Assembly (NCBI RefSeq): GCF_000007985.2
Contig: NC_002939.5
Location: 1,350,001-1,382,000, forward strand
Origin: Geobacter sulfurreducens PCA
Lineage (GTDB): Bacteria; Desulfobacterota; Desulfuromonadia; Geobacterales; Geobacteraceae
DNA: 32,000 nt
Reading direction: 5' to 3'
How positions within the stretch are numbered: position 1 is the first letter of the stretch; the number at the start of each line of letters is the position of its first letter. Below are positions 9,801 to 17,153 of this stretch, one piece after another. A program made the translations under genes and the position numbers. The notes under the pieces were generated by a model, which did no database searches, was not told the origin of the DNA, and saw nothing but the letters and a program-made list of their open reading frames with translations.

Positions 9801-10087
9801 CCTTCACCGGGGTGCCGCCGGTCAGGCTGACGCTCCAGTCCGGCAACAACGTCTTTTCGACCATCGGCCAGGCGGTTGCCGCGACGCCGGTCAATACGGC
9901 CGCGACCATCGATGCCCAGGCAGTCCAGACCGCCGACAACGGTTTGACGTTAAACAGGGGGATCACGCTCACCTTCAGGGGGGGATATGGCGCCGGCTTC
10001 TCGGGCATTGTGGGCATGACCACGGTCACGGGGCCGGTCACCGTGACCAATGGCTCCCTGACCGTATCCGATATGGTGATCAAATGA
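3839..10087 (+). CDS. Giant secreted multidomain protein: 14 RCC1 repeats, then an Ig-like (choice-of-anchor-D-like) domain and 2 InlB-B-repeat-like domains, then ~14 Asp-box (BNR) blades, then a second Ig-like domain and 2 B-repeat-like domains, then a short C-terminal domain
   Basis: Single 2082-aa ORF. AGGAGG at 3825-3830, 8 nt before the ATG. Signal-peptide-like N-terminus MNVTTLWGGWFKALLAAAFILATLGAPAAG. Fourteen GxLGxG RCC1 signatures (for example SNQFGQLGDGT, QNTSGQLGNGT). Thirteen to fourteen Asp-box motifs (STDDGATW, SEDNGGSW, STDNGATW and others). Domain family names come from sequence-pattern memory, not HMMs. Confidence 0.9.
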   Translation: MNVTTLWGGWFKALLAAAFILATLGAPAAGWSAVPHVAAGGNHVLTLRSDGTLWAAGSNQFGQLGDGTGINRTSPVQVPGTWKTVAAGTTHSLGIKADGSLWAWGSNLFGQLGQPLVNGQLATNKFSPIRIGTGNDWVAVSAGELTSFGLKGDGTLWSWGNNLFGELGDGTTVSRPQPVQVVADPLSNGRYVAVAAGGEHALALQADGTLWAWGANLTGQLGTGGTGILPNPTPLKIGTDRDWTAISAGEMHSVALKADGSLWSWGQNLFGELGNGVALPGANVTTPTRVGTGSDWVAIAAGALHTVALHRNGTVSAWGNNAQGAVGDGTVANRSTPTLIVAPVTLVNNVAIAAGTGVSFSVLANGTVFGWGGNGAGQLGNGTFGAVTAPTVLSAGASAWLGVEPGGAFSLGLRSNGTLWAWGGNASGQLGDGTTTPSAIPVPVVGGAGNWRTTATGTAHSVAVRADGTLWAWGDNSSGQLGIGSTVAASTPQQITVTNPASAGNDWTAVAGGGAHSLGLKADGTLWSWGDNTFGQLGDGTGTSNRTTPVQIVTGNPGNFDRNWVAVAAGGVFSLALQADGTIWTWGDNSLLQLGTDPAMLTPATQRNVPAQLAVASPPSTAFNSSWVAIAAGQDHGLSLQADGTLWAWGANSVGQLGNGVTTATFTPVQVINAEGVPYVSLAAGTSHSLAGRSDGTLWAWGNNTSGQLGTGPHPGDADPLNPQPHTVPARILTSNPVSAADDWLVATAGGSHSAALKSNGTLWTWGQNTSGQLGNGTTTEADIPTALLEPRISVSPASLAFGPAPIGIPPSPTRTLTITNLGSAPLSAAIASNNAAFTVNPAACNNLPPAGFCEITVTFVPALPVGVKSATLTITSNDPVTPLVSVGATGTAANPFFITASVDPASPVGSGTISPAGVQAVAAGGGATYTITAASGYAIVDVIVNGVSRGPIGSYTFVNVQQDQSIIALFAASVTISASSGPGGIISPTGTVSLPLGGSQKFTITPNPGYAIAGVNVIEMVEQLDVNGNGTGIFNPVPRALGPVSSFTFFSVRANGSSISATFVPRELHEWSWQNPKPQGQAISRIATDGNGTYVAVGEFGTILTSTDSVNWTVRTFGSVNLNSVAYGGNHTFVAVGSYGRILLSTDDGATWTVQSSGVTASLRGVAHSGTVFAAVGVTENNPNFPYEPRTAILTSPDGVTWTSRFLDQPFNGTLNLFDVAYGGGRFVAVGMEGHVVISEDNGGSWTALPSDPVTRPTNLNGVAFGAGTFVAAGDFGQIVTSTDGSNWVNRPLMSVAELKGVGFGTISDPLFAGNLLQVFTVVGTDGEILTSEDAGTTWTFRTSGLAAGGAGPMLQAAMVGLNRGVTPFVPTVIVAGSEGNLLASSDTIDWTNLFTTITRYPLRSIAWGNGTFVAVGDGDPGTTLHPPISAPTVLTSTNTGLTWTRRYLSPGHNIRGIAYGNGVFVAVGASGYDLDQNASRQAIILTSTNGITWTPRNSGTFLNLNAVTFANGRFVAVSDYNATGDVADEGALILVSTNGITWNTIRKITSTAGNLRSVIAGTNGTTPALVAVGDFGTVLRSIDNGQNWTEVTSGTINFAELNGIAFNNTSNTYAAIGITSEVFTSTDNGATWSMRSLPVDDTLLVRMEGITYAYGSFVAVGNDNHILTSPDGASWTINIGAEYINSSLYGVAAGNGSYIAVGSDGTILQSNRLLDNPPIIGVDPTSLTFDITPEGTLSAGQVITISNLGINDLTIGALGFDGSDAGEFTVSEDFCSQAVIPATGSCTVVVTFAPTGAGVKSAELKIPSNDPDSNDIEVPVSGTAIPRYLLTVTNAGNGTGSIASSPAGISITNSAAGANSSALFVVDTAVTLTATPAVGSIFEGWSGAGAGACSGTTTPCTLTMSQARNVTATFTRKFIITATAGANGSISPAGQVLVNPGANQAFTITPAPGYSVFGVLVNGLSVGAVTSHTFTAVNADQTISATFTGVPPVRLTLQSGNNVFSTIGQAVAATPVNTAATIDAQAVQTADNGLTLNRGITLTFRGGYGAGFSGIVGMTTVTGPVTVTNGSLTVSDMVIK
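3944..6205 (+). repeat. Array of 14 tandem RCC1-type repeats (about 54 aa each; enough for two 7-bladed propellers)
   Basis: Recurrent unit ...AGxxHSLALxxDGTLWAWGxNxxGQLGDGT... counted 14 times between residues 36 and 789 of the 3839-10087 product. Confidence 0.85.
7040..8980 (+). repeat. Array of ~14 Asp-box/BNR beta-propeller blades (about 46 aa each)
   Basis: Recurrent (I/V)LTSxDxGxxWT followed by ...L.GVAYGNGxFVAVG. Thirteen full motifs plus a truncated ILQSN, spanning residues ~1068-1714 of the 3839-10087 product. Confidence 0.8.
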
Positions 10088-10113
10088 GTTTCGAGGCAAG
10101 AGGAGAGCAACCC

Positions 10114-13100
10114 ATGCGCACACGGATCAAGCCCGGCCGGATTGCCGGTTTCCTTGCTCAAATGATGCTCCTGCTGGCGCCGACGGTGTCGCTGGCCGAG
10201 GTCTGCGCCAACACCATCCAGGCCGACGTGGTCGCCATCGACCAGCAGATCGTCCATAACCGGCTTGGGGCCTTCAACCCCATCTCCATGATCTTCGCCC
10301 TGCGTCAGGATGTGGTAAATGCGGCGAACGGCCTGACCGAAGCAGAGGGGGGAATTCTCACCCCGGGCAATGTGCGGCTGCGCGACGACAAGCGACCGCG
10401 TCCCCTCGTCCTCCGGGTGAACGAGGGCGATTGCCTCCGGATCAGCTTCCAGAACCTGCTCGCTCCCACACCCCTTGTTCTCCCGCCCGATGCGGCCGGC
10501 GAATTCGCCGGTCAGCCGGCCACCCGTCACGTGGGCATGGCGATCATGGGGGTATCCTTCGCCGACATGGTCTCCTCAGGTGTCAATGTCGGTAACAACC
10601 CGGTGTCCGGCTACGCGGCTCCCGGCGAGACCAAAGTGTATCTCGTTCGGGGAGAGCACGAGGGTGGGTACCACATCAACAGCATCGCCGACAACGTGAG
10701 CGGCGAGGGGATCCAGGGCCAGACCTCCTTCGGCCTGTTCGGCGCACTCAACGTACAGAAGAAGGGGGCCGTCTGGTACCGCAACCAGACCACGAATGCG
10801 GAACTGCTCATGGCCACTACTGGGCTTACCCCCAGCGGGCATCCGATCATCGATTACGACGCGGTCTACCCCGTCGGACACCGCTACGCCGGGCAGCCGA
10901 TCCTGCGCATCCTCGACCCGGTGACCAACAAGATCGTTCATAACGAGGTCAATGCCATCATCACCGGACCCAACGGCGGCGATTTTCCCGCCGGCACCTA
11001 CCAGCGCAACCCGACTTATCCCGATCGCGACCGGGCATTCCGGGAGTTCACGGTCATGTTCCACGACGAGGTGGAGACCGTGCAGCCGTTCCCGATCTTC
11101 ATCGATCCCCAGTTCAAGTTCACCCTCGGCGGCGTCAAGGATGGCTTCATGATCAACTACGGTTCGGCCGCCGTCGGTACCGAGGTCGTGGCCAACCGCT
11201 CCGGGGTCGGTCCCACCTGGGACTGCGCCGAGTGCAAGTTCGAGGAATTTTTCCTCTCCTCGTGGGCGGTGAGCGATCCGGCCCTGCTGGTGGATGTGCC
11301 CGCCAACACCACGGACGTTAACGGTAACCTGATCGTGGGACCCAAGGCCACCAAGGCTCTCTATCCCGATGATCCGTCCAATGTCTTCCACGCCTATATC
11401 AACGACCGGGCCAAGATCCGCAACCTGCACTTCGGCAAGGAATTCCACGTCTTTCACCTCCACGCCCAGCAGTGGCTCTTCAGCCCGGACGACGACGGCA
11501 GCAACTACCTTGACGCCCAGGGCATCGGCCCGGGTGGCTCCTACACCTACGAGATCGCCTACAACTCGGGCAACCGGAACAAGATCGTGGGCGACACCAT
11601 CTTCCACTGCCACTTTTACCCCCACTTTGCCCAAGGGATGTGGGCGCTGTACCGCCTGCATGACGTGTTCGAGGCCGGGACCCAGCTCGATGCCAACGGG
11701 CTGCCGATCGCCACTGCCCGCGCCCTTCCGGACGGCGAGATCGCGGCGGGGACCCCGATTCCCGCGGTCGTTCCCATCCCGACCCTGCCCATGGCGCCCA
11801 TCCCCGGCAAGGTGCGTATTGCCCAGGTTCCCGGCTATCCCGGCGGGCAGGTGACCTACGACGAGCCCGACAAGAACGCCGGCTATCCCTTCAGCCTCGG
11901 GATGAAGGCGGGGCACCGCCCGGCTACGCCTCCCCTCGACCTGATCGACGATGGCGGGCTTCCCCGGCACATTGTCCGGGGTACCAACAACCCCCTGAAT
12001 CCGTCAACGCTCGACCCGGCTATTACCCATCACGAGGAAACCACCCTGAGCTTCGACAAGGTGCTCGTGGCGGCGGAGGCTGAGCAGGTCCCCGAAAGCG
12101 GTTCCCGTTCGGAACGGGCCGCCATGGATTTCCACGCGCGGGAATTCCATCCGACGTTCCTGCCCAACGGCTCTCCTGGCCAGTTCGTGACCAACGGGCT
12201 GCCGCCGGTTCCCGGCGCGCCCTACAATGACCCGTGCCGCGGCGATAAGGGCGGGGCTGTCGGCGTGCCAAGGACCTACAAGGGCGCCGTTATCCAGTTC
12301 GACCTGAAGATGAACAAGGTCGGTCACCACTTCCCCCAATCGCGCATCATCACCCTCTGGGGCGACGCCCAGGCGACGGTGGACGGCACCCGGCCGCCGG
12401 AGCCGTTTTTCATCAGGGCCAACTCCAACGACTGCGTGAACTTCTACCATACCAACCTGGTCCCGAGCGTGTACGAGCAGGATGACTACCAGGTCAAGAC
12501 CCCGACCGATGTCATCGGCCAGCACATCCACTTGGTGAAGTTCGATGTCACCGCATCCGACGGCTCCGCCAACGGCTTCAACTACGAGGACGGCACCATG
12601 AGCCCCGACGAGGTGCGTGAGCGGATCCATGCCTTCAACCTGACCGGTGGACTGATCCAACCCGACGGAGTGACGAAGGTTGCCCTTGCCGCCAAGCCCC
12701 ATCCCTATTTCGGCTCGACCTTCAACGGCCGCGACATCACCGGTGCCCGGACCACGGTCCAGCGTTGGTACATCGACAACATCCGCAACAACCGGGGCGA
12801 GGACCGGACCCTGGGCAACGTCTTCACCCACGATCACTTTGGTCCGTCCACGCATCAGCAGACCGGCCTCTACGCCAGCCTGCTCACCGAGCCCCAGGGG
12901 TCCCGCTGGCGTGATCCCCAGACCGGCCAGTTCATGGGCGGGCGCTTCGACGGCGGGCCGACCAGCTGGCGGGCTGACATCATTACCACTAATCCCGCGG
13001 AGAGCTACCGGGAGTTCATGGTCCATGTGGCGGACTTCACGCTCGCCTACGAGGACGGCGCCTGTCATACGGTTCCGTGCGTCAACCCGGCCAAGGCGAT

Positions 13101-15072
13101 CAAGCCGCCGGGCATGGAAGAGATCGGCCTGCCGTTCCTGTTCCGCAAGCCCCAGATCTGCCCCAACGGGACCCTGCCTCCCTGCCCCGAGGCCATTTCC
13201 GCCGAGGATCCGGGAACGTTCCTGGTCAACTACCGCAACGAGCCCGTGGCGGAGCGCGTGCGCCTGCCCGGCACCAACGTCCAGGCTCCGGGGCTTGCCG
13301 GCGATCTGGCCTATGCCCTGTCGTCGCGGGTACAGCGCGCCAACCCCCTGCTGAACCAGCAGCCCGCGTTCTATCCGCCGCTCACCCCCAACGTGCTGCC
13401 GGGTGACCCGTTCACACCGCTCTTCCAGGTCTACGACAACGACCGGGTCAACGTGCGGATTCAGGCGGGCGCCGACGAGGAGTCGCACACCGCGTCCATT
13501 CACGGCGTCAAGTGGCTCCAATCCTACGGGTCGCCCAACTCCGGGTTCCGCAACTCCCAACAGTTGGGCATTTCCGAGCAGTTCCAACTGCGGATGCCCG
13601 TGATTCCCGACCGGCTCCAGGTGGGGCAGACCGCGGACTACCTTTACACGCTTAACGCCTCCAGCGACGGTTACTGGAGCGGCATTTGGGGACTTATGCG
13701 CTCCTACGCCGTCCGGCAGCCGAATCTGCTGCCGCTGCCCAACAACCCCATCGGCACGGTTCCCTTCACGGCCGCCAACGATGCCTCGTTTAGCGGTCCC
13801 TGCCCCACGAGCGCGTTGGTCCGCTCCTACGACGTCACAGCCGTGGCGGCCCGCACTGCTCTGCCCGGCGGCTCGCTGGTCTACAACTCCCGCATCGGAC
13901 CCCAGGGGATCGGCCCCCTTCAGGACCCCGACGCCGTTCTCTATGTGAGGACAGGGGATCTCAACCCGGACGGCACCCTGAAGGCGGGTGTCCCTGTTGA
14001 ACCGCTTGTTCTCCGGGCTGCCGCGGGCGAGTGCATCGACGTGACCTTGCGCAACAGCCTGCCGGCCGTGCTGACCGAAAGTCCCGGCTACAGTGCGTTG
14101 CATCCGATCGTGGAGTTCTTCAACTTCAACGAAGTGCGGACCTCCAGTATCGTGGGGCTCCACCCGCAGCTGGTGGAGTACGATGTCACCCGGAGCGACG
14201 GCACCGTGGTCGGCAACAATCAGGATCAGACCGTGCCGCCTGGCGGGGTGAGACAGTACCGCTGGTATGCCGGAGACGTGAAGGTGGTCAACAACATGCG
14301 CGTTGCAACTCCTATCGAGTTCGGCGCCAGCAGTCTCATTTCAACCGACCTGATCAAGCATGCCTCCCGGGGCGCTCTGGGTGCGCTCATCATCGAGCCG
14401 CTCGGCTCCAGCTGGATCGAGGACTATCCGACTCCCCACCCGAGCGTTTCCGCCGGTCAGCGGCCGTCCCGGGCCTCGGCCACCGTGATCAGGGCCAACG
14501 GCACCACGTTCCGTGAGCAGGTGCTGGTCATCCAGGACGACGTCGCGCTGCGTTTCGGCGACAATACCCCCGTGCCCTTCGTTACCGGCATGGAGGACGC
14601 CCTCGACACGGGCATGAAGGCATTCAACTACAGGACCGAGCCGCTCTGGTTCCGGCTCGGGTTCAGCCCCTTGAATCTTCCGTTCCAGAACCAGGCCATC
14701 AATTTCGCGAACGTACTCCACAACAGCACGACGGGAGGCGATCCGGAGACGCCGGTCTTCACCGTAAATGCAGGCGATGAGACCCGCGTGCGCCTGGTGC
14801 AGCCGGCCGGTCACAACCGTCACCATACCTTCGCCCTCTACGGGCATGTGTGGCAGCGCGAGCCCCATACCAACAACTCCACCAGGCTCGGGCTCAACCC
14901 GAAATCGTTCTGGCGCGGCAGCCAGGATGTGGTGGGACCCGCGTCCCACTGGGATTTCCTCCTGGACCACGGTGCCGGCGGTGCCTTCCAGGCCAAGGGG
15001 GACTACCTCTACCGCGATATGCTGCCCATCCACTTCCTGAACGGGTTGTGGGGTATCATGAGGGTACAGTAG
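10114..15072 (+). CDS. Very large exported multicopper-oxidase-like protein (reminiscent of Geobacter OmpB/OmpC and the MofA/MnxG class)
   Basis: The open frame extends back to 9520, but that part overlaps the upstream gene. Preferred start is the ATG at 10114, with AGGAG at 10101-10105 (8-nt spacing), giving MRTRIKPGRIAGFLAQMMLLLAPTVSLA, a Sec-type leader with no twin arginine. An alternative ATG at 10084 overlaps the upstream TGA. Copper-ligand motifs: HVFHLH (11446-11463), canonical HCHFYPHFAQGM (11605-11640), QHIHLVK (12523-12531), HDHFGPSTH (12829-) and GHNRHHTFALYGH near the C-terminus. Confidence 0.85.
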   Translation: MRTRIKPGRIAGFLAQMMLLLAPTVSLAEVCANTIQADVVAIDQQIVHNRLGAFNPISMIFALRQDVVNAANGLTEAEGGILTPGNVRLRDDKRPRPLVLRVNEGDCLRISFQNLLAPTPLVLPPDAAGEFAGQPATRHVGMAIMGVSFADMVSSGVNVGNNPVSGYAAPGETKVYLVRGEHEGGYHINSIADNVSGEGIQGQTSFGLFGALNVQKKGAVWYRNQTTNAELLMATTGLTPSGHPIIDYDAVYPVGHRYAGQPILRILDPVTNKIVHNEVNAIITGPNGGDFPAGTYQRNPTYPDRDRAFREFTVMFHDEVETVQPFPIFIDPQFKFTLGGVKDGFMINYGSAAVGTEVVANRSGVGPTWDCAECKFEEFFLSSWAVSDPALLVDVPANTTDVNGNLIVGPKATKALYPDDPSNVFHAYINDRAKIRNLHFGKEFHVFHLHAQQWLFSPDDDGSNYLDAQGIGPGGSYTYEIAYNSGNRNKIVGDTIFHCHFYPHFAQGMWALYRLHDVFEAGTQLDANGLPIATARALPDGEIAAGTPIPAVVPIPTLPMAPIPGKVRIAQVPGYPGGQVTYDEPDKNAGYPFSLGMKAGHRPATPPLDLIDDGGLPRHIVRGTNNPLNPSTLDPAITHHEETTLSFDKVLVAAEAEQVPESGSRSERAAMDFHAREFHPTFLPNGSPGQFVTNGLPPVPGAPYNDPCRGDKGGAVGVPRTYKGAVIQFDLKMNKVGHHFPQSRIITLWGDAQATVDGTRPPEPFFIRANSNDCVNFYHTNLVPSVYEQDDYQVKTPTDVIGQHIHLVKFDVTASDGSANGFNYEDGTMSPDEVRERIHAFNLTGGLIQPDGVTKVALAAKPHPYFGSTFNGRDITGARTTVQRWYIDNIRNNRGEDRTLGNVFTHDHFGPSTHQQTGLYASLLTEPQGSRWRDPQTGQFMGGRFDGGPTSWRADIITTNPAESYREFMVHVADFTLAYEDGACHTVPCVNPAKAIKPPGMEEIGLPFLFRKPQICPNGTLPPCPEAISAEDPGTFLVNYRNEPVAERVRLPGTNVQAPGLAGDLAYALSSRVQRANPLLNQQPAFYPPLTPNVLPGDPFTPLFQVYDNDRVNVRIQAGADEESHTASIHGVKWLQSYGSPNSGFRNSQQLGISEQFQLRMPVIPDRLQVGQTADYLYTLNASSDGYWSGIWGLMRSYAVRQPNLLPLPNNPIGTVPFTAANDASFSGPCPTSALVRSYDVTAVAARTALPGGSLVYNSRIGPQGIGPLQDPDAVLYVRTGDLNPDGTLKAGVPVEPLVLRAAAGECIDVTLRNSLPAVLTESPGYSALHPIVEFFNFNEVRTSSIVGLHPQLVEYDVTRSDGTVVGNNQDQTVPPGGVRQYRWYAGDVKVVNNMRVATPIEFGASSLISTDLIKHASRGALGALIIEPLGSSWIEDYPTPHPSVSAGQRPSRASATVIRANGTTFREQVLVIQDDVALRFGDNTPVPFVTGMEDALDTGMKAFNYRTEPLWFRLGFSPLNLPFQNQAINFANVLHNSTTGGDPETPVFTVNAGDETRVRLVQPAGHNRHHTFALYGHVWQREPHTNNSTRLGLNPKSFWRGSQDVVGPASHWDFLLDHGAGGAFQAKGDYLYRDMLPIHFLNGLWGIMRVQ

Positions 15073-15110
15073 TCAGCGATGGTAACGCATCCGGTCGTGG
15101 AGCAGCTTGA

Positions 15111-17150
15111 ATGTCAGCTTTGATTGATACGTGGTTTCTCGGGTGCAGGGCGGCTGCGACAGCCGTCCTGTACGTCCTTTTCGCGGTCGTGGCCGGCGGA
15201 GCCGTTTCAGCGGCCCGGGCAGCGACCGTCGCCGCCTCTGCCCCGGCACCGGTCACGGTCGGGAGCGGAAAGAAGGCCGTGCGCCAGGGCATCAGCCTTG
15301 AGCTCCTGGTGAAACCGACCCATGCCGAGGACGGTTTTTCGGCGGCAGTGGTGGAAGGGGCCTATGCGGATGTCAGCCTGAAGATGACCGATGCCGCCAC
15401 AGGCCACCCGGTAACGGTCATGCAGCCGCGGGTCTGGATCGACCTGCGCAAGGGCACCGGCGATTTCCGTGAAAAGCAGATGGCGTGCTCCGACAAGGTC
15501 CGCACCTATCTCCAGGGGACCCTTTCCTTCAGGCCCGACATCGACCTCAACAGCTATTTCGTCCTTACCCTCAACAACGACGCCTCCATTTCCGTGATCG
15601 ACCCCATCATCGGGGTTGCCGGCTATTCGCAGCTCTATGCCATGATCCTCCTCAAGCGGCCGGGCGAGGATTGGGTCTTCAGCTTCGACGGCAAACGGCT
15701 CTATGTGACCATGCCAAAGGCGGGCGAGGTTGCCGAAATCGACACGGACAGCCTTGCGGTCGTGCGGAACATCCCAGCCGGCGCCATGCCGGTGCGCATG
15801 GCCTTTCAACCCGATTCGCGCTACCTGTGGGTGGGCAATGATTCCAGCGACCCAGCCCGGAGCGGCGTCACCGTTATCGATCCCTTTTCGGGAACGCAGG
15901 CGGCTTTCATCCAAACCGGCGCCGGCCACCACGAGATCGCCTTTGCCGACGACAGCCGCTATGCCTTTGTCACGAACCAGCAGAGCGGCACCCTCACCAT
16001 CATCGACATCCAGAGCCTCGCGCCGGTGAAGACCTTGCGGCTGGGCGACGGCCCTGTCAGCGTTGCCTACTCCGCCCTGAGCAAGTGCGCGCACGTGGTG
16101 TGCGAGGGAGACGGCAACCTCCTGGTCGTGGATGGGCTGAGCCACGAGATTATTAGCCGGAAGACCTTCGAGCCCGGTTTCCGCGAGGTGCGGTTTGCGC
16201 CGGGAGACCGCTGGTACTTCACCGTGAACGGCAAAAACGGCCAGATCCTGGTCTTCGACGCGGCCGGCAACGAACTGCTCCATTCGACCGTGGTGGCGGG
16301 GCGGCCGGAGCATGTCAGTTTCAGTACGGAGTTTGCCTATATCCGGTCCCTCGGCACGGCCGACGTGACGCTGATCCCCCTTGCCGCCCTCGGCAAGGCC
16401 GCCATTCTGACCCCCCTCGTCGTGTCCGGCGGCTCCAGGCCCCCCGCCGATTCGCCCCTTCTTCCCCCCACGGCGGACCCCATCGTGGTGACGCCTGAGG
16501 GAAATTCCGTCCTTATCGCGAGCCCGAGCGACGGCGCGGTGGTCTATTACATGGAGGGGATGGGGGTTCCCATGGGGAGCTTCAAGACCTATGGTCGGCT
16601 CCCCCGGGCCGTCAACGTCATCAACCGGCAGTTGCGCCAGAACGTTCCCGGCGTGTTCAGTTCCCGGGTCAAGATTCCCCTGGCGGGGACCTACGACGTG
16701 GCCGTGCTGCTCGATTCGCCCCGGATCGTCCAGTGCTTCGAGTTCTCGGCCGACGCTAATCCGGCGCTGCAGCGCCTGAAAACGGAGCGGCCGGTTATGG
16801 TGGAATTCGTCGGCTCAGCCCTGCGGGTGGAGGCCGGTCGTGAGTCCGTGGTCAGGTTCAGGGTGACCGATCCGGTGACGCACGAGCCCGTGGCCGACCT
16901 GCGCGATCTGATCGTGGTGACCTCCCTGGTGCCGACCGGGGCCTGGCGTCAGCAACTGGTGTCCCGCCCCGTCGGCAACGGCATCTACGAGGTCACGTTC
17001 ACGGCACGCAAAGTGGGAATCTATTCATTCAATTTCGCGATTCCTTCCCTGAAGGTGAAGCTCTATCAGCTTGCCGGCATGATGATCCATGCCGTGGAAA
17101 CACCGGCTGAGGCGGGTTCCGACGTTCCTGCCGGCCAGAAAAAGGATTAG
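15111..17150 (+). CDS. Exported YVTN-type beta-propeller protein with Ig-like (FixH/YtkA-like) flanking domains
   Basis: 679-aa ORF, GGAG 8 nt upstream. Hydrophobic N-terminus AVLYVLFAVVAGGAVSAARA. YVTN-like repeats: RLYVTMPKAGEVAEIDTDSLAVVRNIPAG, RYLWVGNDSS...VTVIDPFSG, RYAFVTNQQSGTLTIIDIQSLAPVKTLRLG. The C-terminal segment FRVTDPVTHEPVADL...GIYEVTFTARKVGIYSFNF resembles metal-associated Ig-like domains; that call is weak. Confidence 0.8.
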   Translation: MSALIDTWFLGCRAAATAVLYVLFAVVAGGAVSAARAATVAASAPAPVTVGSGKKAVRQGISLELLVKPTHAEDGFSAAVVEGAYADVSLKMTDAATGHPVTVMQPRVWIDLRKGTGDFREKQMACSDKVRTYLQGTLSFRPDIDLNSYFVLTLNNDASISVIDPIIGVAGYSQLYAMILLKRPGEDWVFSFDGKRLYVTMPKAGEVAEIDTDSLAVVRNIPAGAMPVRMAFQPDSRYLWVGNDSSDPARSGVTVIDPFSGTQAAFIQTGAGHHEIAFADDSRYAFVTNQQSGTLTIIDIQSLAPVKTLRLGDGPVSVAYSALSKCAHVVCEGDGNLLVVDGLSHEIISRKTFEPGFREVRFAPGDRWYFTVNGKNGQILVFDAAGNELLHSTVVAGRPEHVSFSTEFAYIRSLGTADVTLIPLAALGKAAILTPLVVSGGSRPPADSPLLPPTADPIVVTPEGNSVLIASPSDGAVVYYMEGMGVPMGSFKTYGRLPRAVNVINRQLRQNVPGVFSSRVKIPLAGTYDVAVLLDSPRIVQCFEFSADANPALQRLKTERPVMVEFVGSALRVEAGRESVVRFRVTDPVTHEPVADLRDLIVVTSLVPTGAWRQQLVSRPVGNGIYEVTFTARKVGIYSFNFAIPSLKVKLYQLAGMMIHAVETPAEAGSDVPAGQKKD

Positions 17151-17153
17151 ATC

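Noticed and set aside
9520-10113. N-terminal extension of the multicopper-oxidase ORF (the track gives 9520-15072, 1850 aa)
   Set aside because: The first 565 nt overlap the 3' end of the 2082-aa gene in another frame. They encode low-complexity Arg/His/Gly-rich sequence typical of off-frame GC-rich DNA. A good ribosome-binding site, ATG and signal peptide occur at 10101-10116.
2351-14163. Many long antisense ORFs, for example 2351-3541, 4058-4972, 5150-6097, 7019-8200, 8549-9760, 10576-11970 and 12004-14163 (minus strand)
   Set aside because: They are shadow ORFs of a high-GC sequence lying opposite strongly supported genes. Their translations are Arg/Gly/Pro/Ala-rich with no motifs, and the sense-strand products carry unambiguous domain signatures.
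15111-17150. The YVTN propeller protein, with NosL/SCO/ABC neighbours, considered as a cryptic nitrous-oxide reductase (NosZ)
   Set aside because: It has no C-terminal cupredoxin CuA motif (paired Cys with His/Met ligands) and no conserved His set for a CuZ site. Its few cysteines are isolated. The nos analogy is therefore limited to the accessory genes.
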